DNA from: Haliotis cracherodii
Taxonomy: Eukaryota
DNA length: 64,000 nucleotides
Direction: 5' to 3'
Assembly: GCF_022045235.1 (NCBI RefSeq)
Contig: NW_027266286.1
Location: 74,710,001-74,774,000, forward strand
Part shown: one piece after another, positions 62,985 through 64,000 of the stretch
Position numbering within the stretch: the stretch's first letter is position 1
How the letters are laid out: every line of letters begins with the position of its first letter
Program-made: the position numbers and the translations under genes
Notes under the pieces: model-generated
Databases searched by the model: none
What the model saw: the letters and a program-made list of their open reading frames with translations, nothing else
Told to the model about the DNA's origin: nothing

Positions 62985-64000
62985 CCAGAAAAGTAATATA
63001 TTCTGAAATTTATGTTTCTTTGAAAGAATGGCGTATAGGCGAGTAGTAGATGGTTCTCTCTCTCCTGGACTAAACCCCAGGAAATTTGATAACCGGATAC
63101 TGTTTGAAAAAGTGAGATCATGATTTTTCCGCGTAAGGAAATAAACCTTCAAATATGTTTTGCCTGACAGCTTTTCCAAAAAATGTTAAAATTCCACGTC
63201 GAAGGACATCTGAAAAATGAAAGCAGGAAAGTTATTTAACATCGCCTATGCTGAGACCAACAAATACTCAGAAGAAAAGAAAATATCACTATTATGTAAT
63301 CTAATGCTACTAATCAATATAACTGGATGAGGTTGTTCTTGCTTGCAATAACATCAGATCATAATAGATGGAAATACTATTTTGGTTGACATATTTGGTG
63401 TCGTGGTGATCGAAGTCTCCACTCAGACAATCGTATGATAGATTGAACATGTATCACATGAACAACAGCCGTCAGATCCACGTGGAAGCTTTGGGTGTAA
63501 AATTTATATCTGAATTCTGCCGTTAGTAACACAGTCATGCATCAACTACAGAAAGACCAACGGACTCTTCATCGCTGACACCTAGCTCACCATGGTCAAA
63601 ACAGAATAAACTGACACTTCAACAACGTGTCAGCATCAGCAGCCGTACAGGACGGTGATGCTGTGTTTCCACAGACATATCAGTTACTTGGTAGCATTTA
63701 CTAAAAATGTTGAACCCACAAAAGAGAACTGTTTGGGCCAAGACAACATGATGAATCAAAGATTAATATAGATTGACAACTGATGAAAATGGTTTGCAGT
63801 AAATGTTTCAGATAGGAAAGGTTTCGGGCATTATAGAAAAGGTGGGACGGGGCTGCTTCTGCCTTTCCATTAAAATGCAAACATAATTACGCACATGGCA
63901 CAAGTATGATGGCTTTTTAAACAGTGTAAGATGTTAATGGAATCATAATATATCTGAAGAATTATGTTTACCGCTGAACGTGTTGCTGTTCTCTGCCAGA

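Overview
Eukaryotic (metazoan) genomic DNA: AT-rich, intron-containing and repeat-dense, with two assembly gaps. A mollusc, possibly an abalone-like gastropod, is my impression from the (ACTC)n-tailed SINEs and the LINE types; this is not proven. Four host genes can be reconstructed by hand. (1) The first two coding exons of RABL3 (- strand). (2) Head-to-head with it, a complete 4-coding-exon GTF2E1/TFIIE-alpha (+, about 409 aa). (3) A complete 6-coding-exon iterative type I polyketide synthase (-, 19964-30682, about 2503 aa) with the architecture KS-AT-DH-psiKR-psiER-KR-ACP-C. Its catalytic KS/AT/DH/KR/ACP motifs are intact, the ER looks dead, there is no MT or TE, and it ends in an NRPS-type condensation domain with a non-canonical HRxxxD motif. 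(4) About 10 kb upstream of the PKS on the same strand, a membrane-anchored FkbM-family SAM-dependent methyltransferase. The PKS-C gene is the main candidate for an undescribed system: an animal polyene/lipid synthase with C-domain release or docking. The rest of the window is RTE-X/CR1/L1/Nimb-like LINEs (one nearly intact, inside an intronic 65-bp satellite), at least three tRNA-derived SINE families, nested MITEs and several minisatellites.
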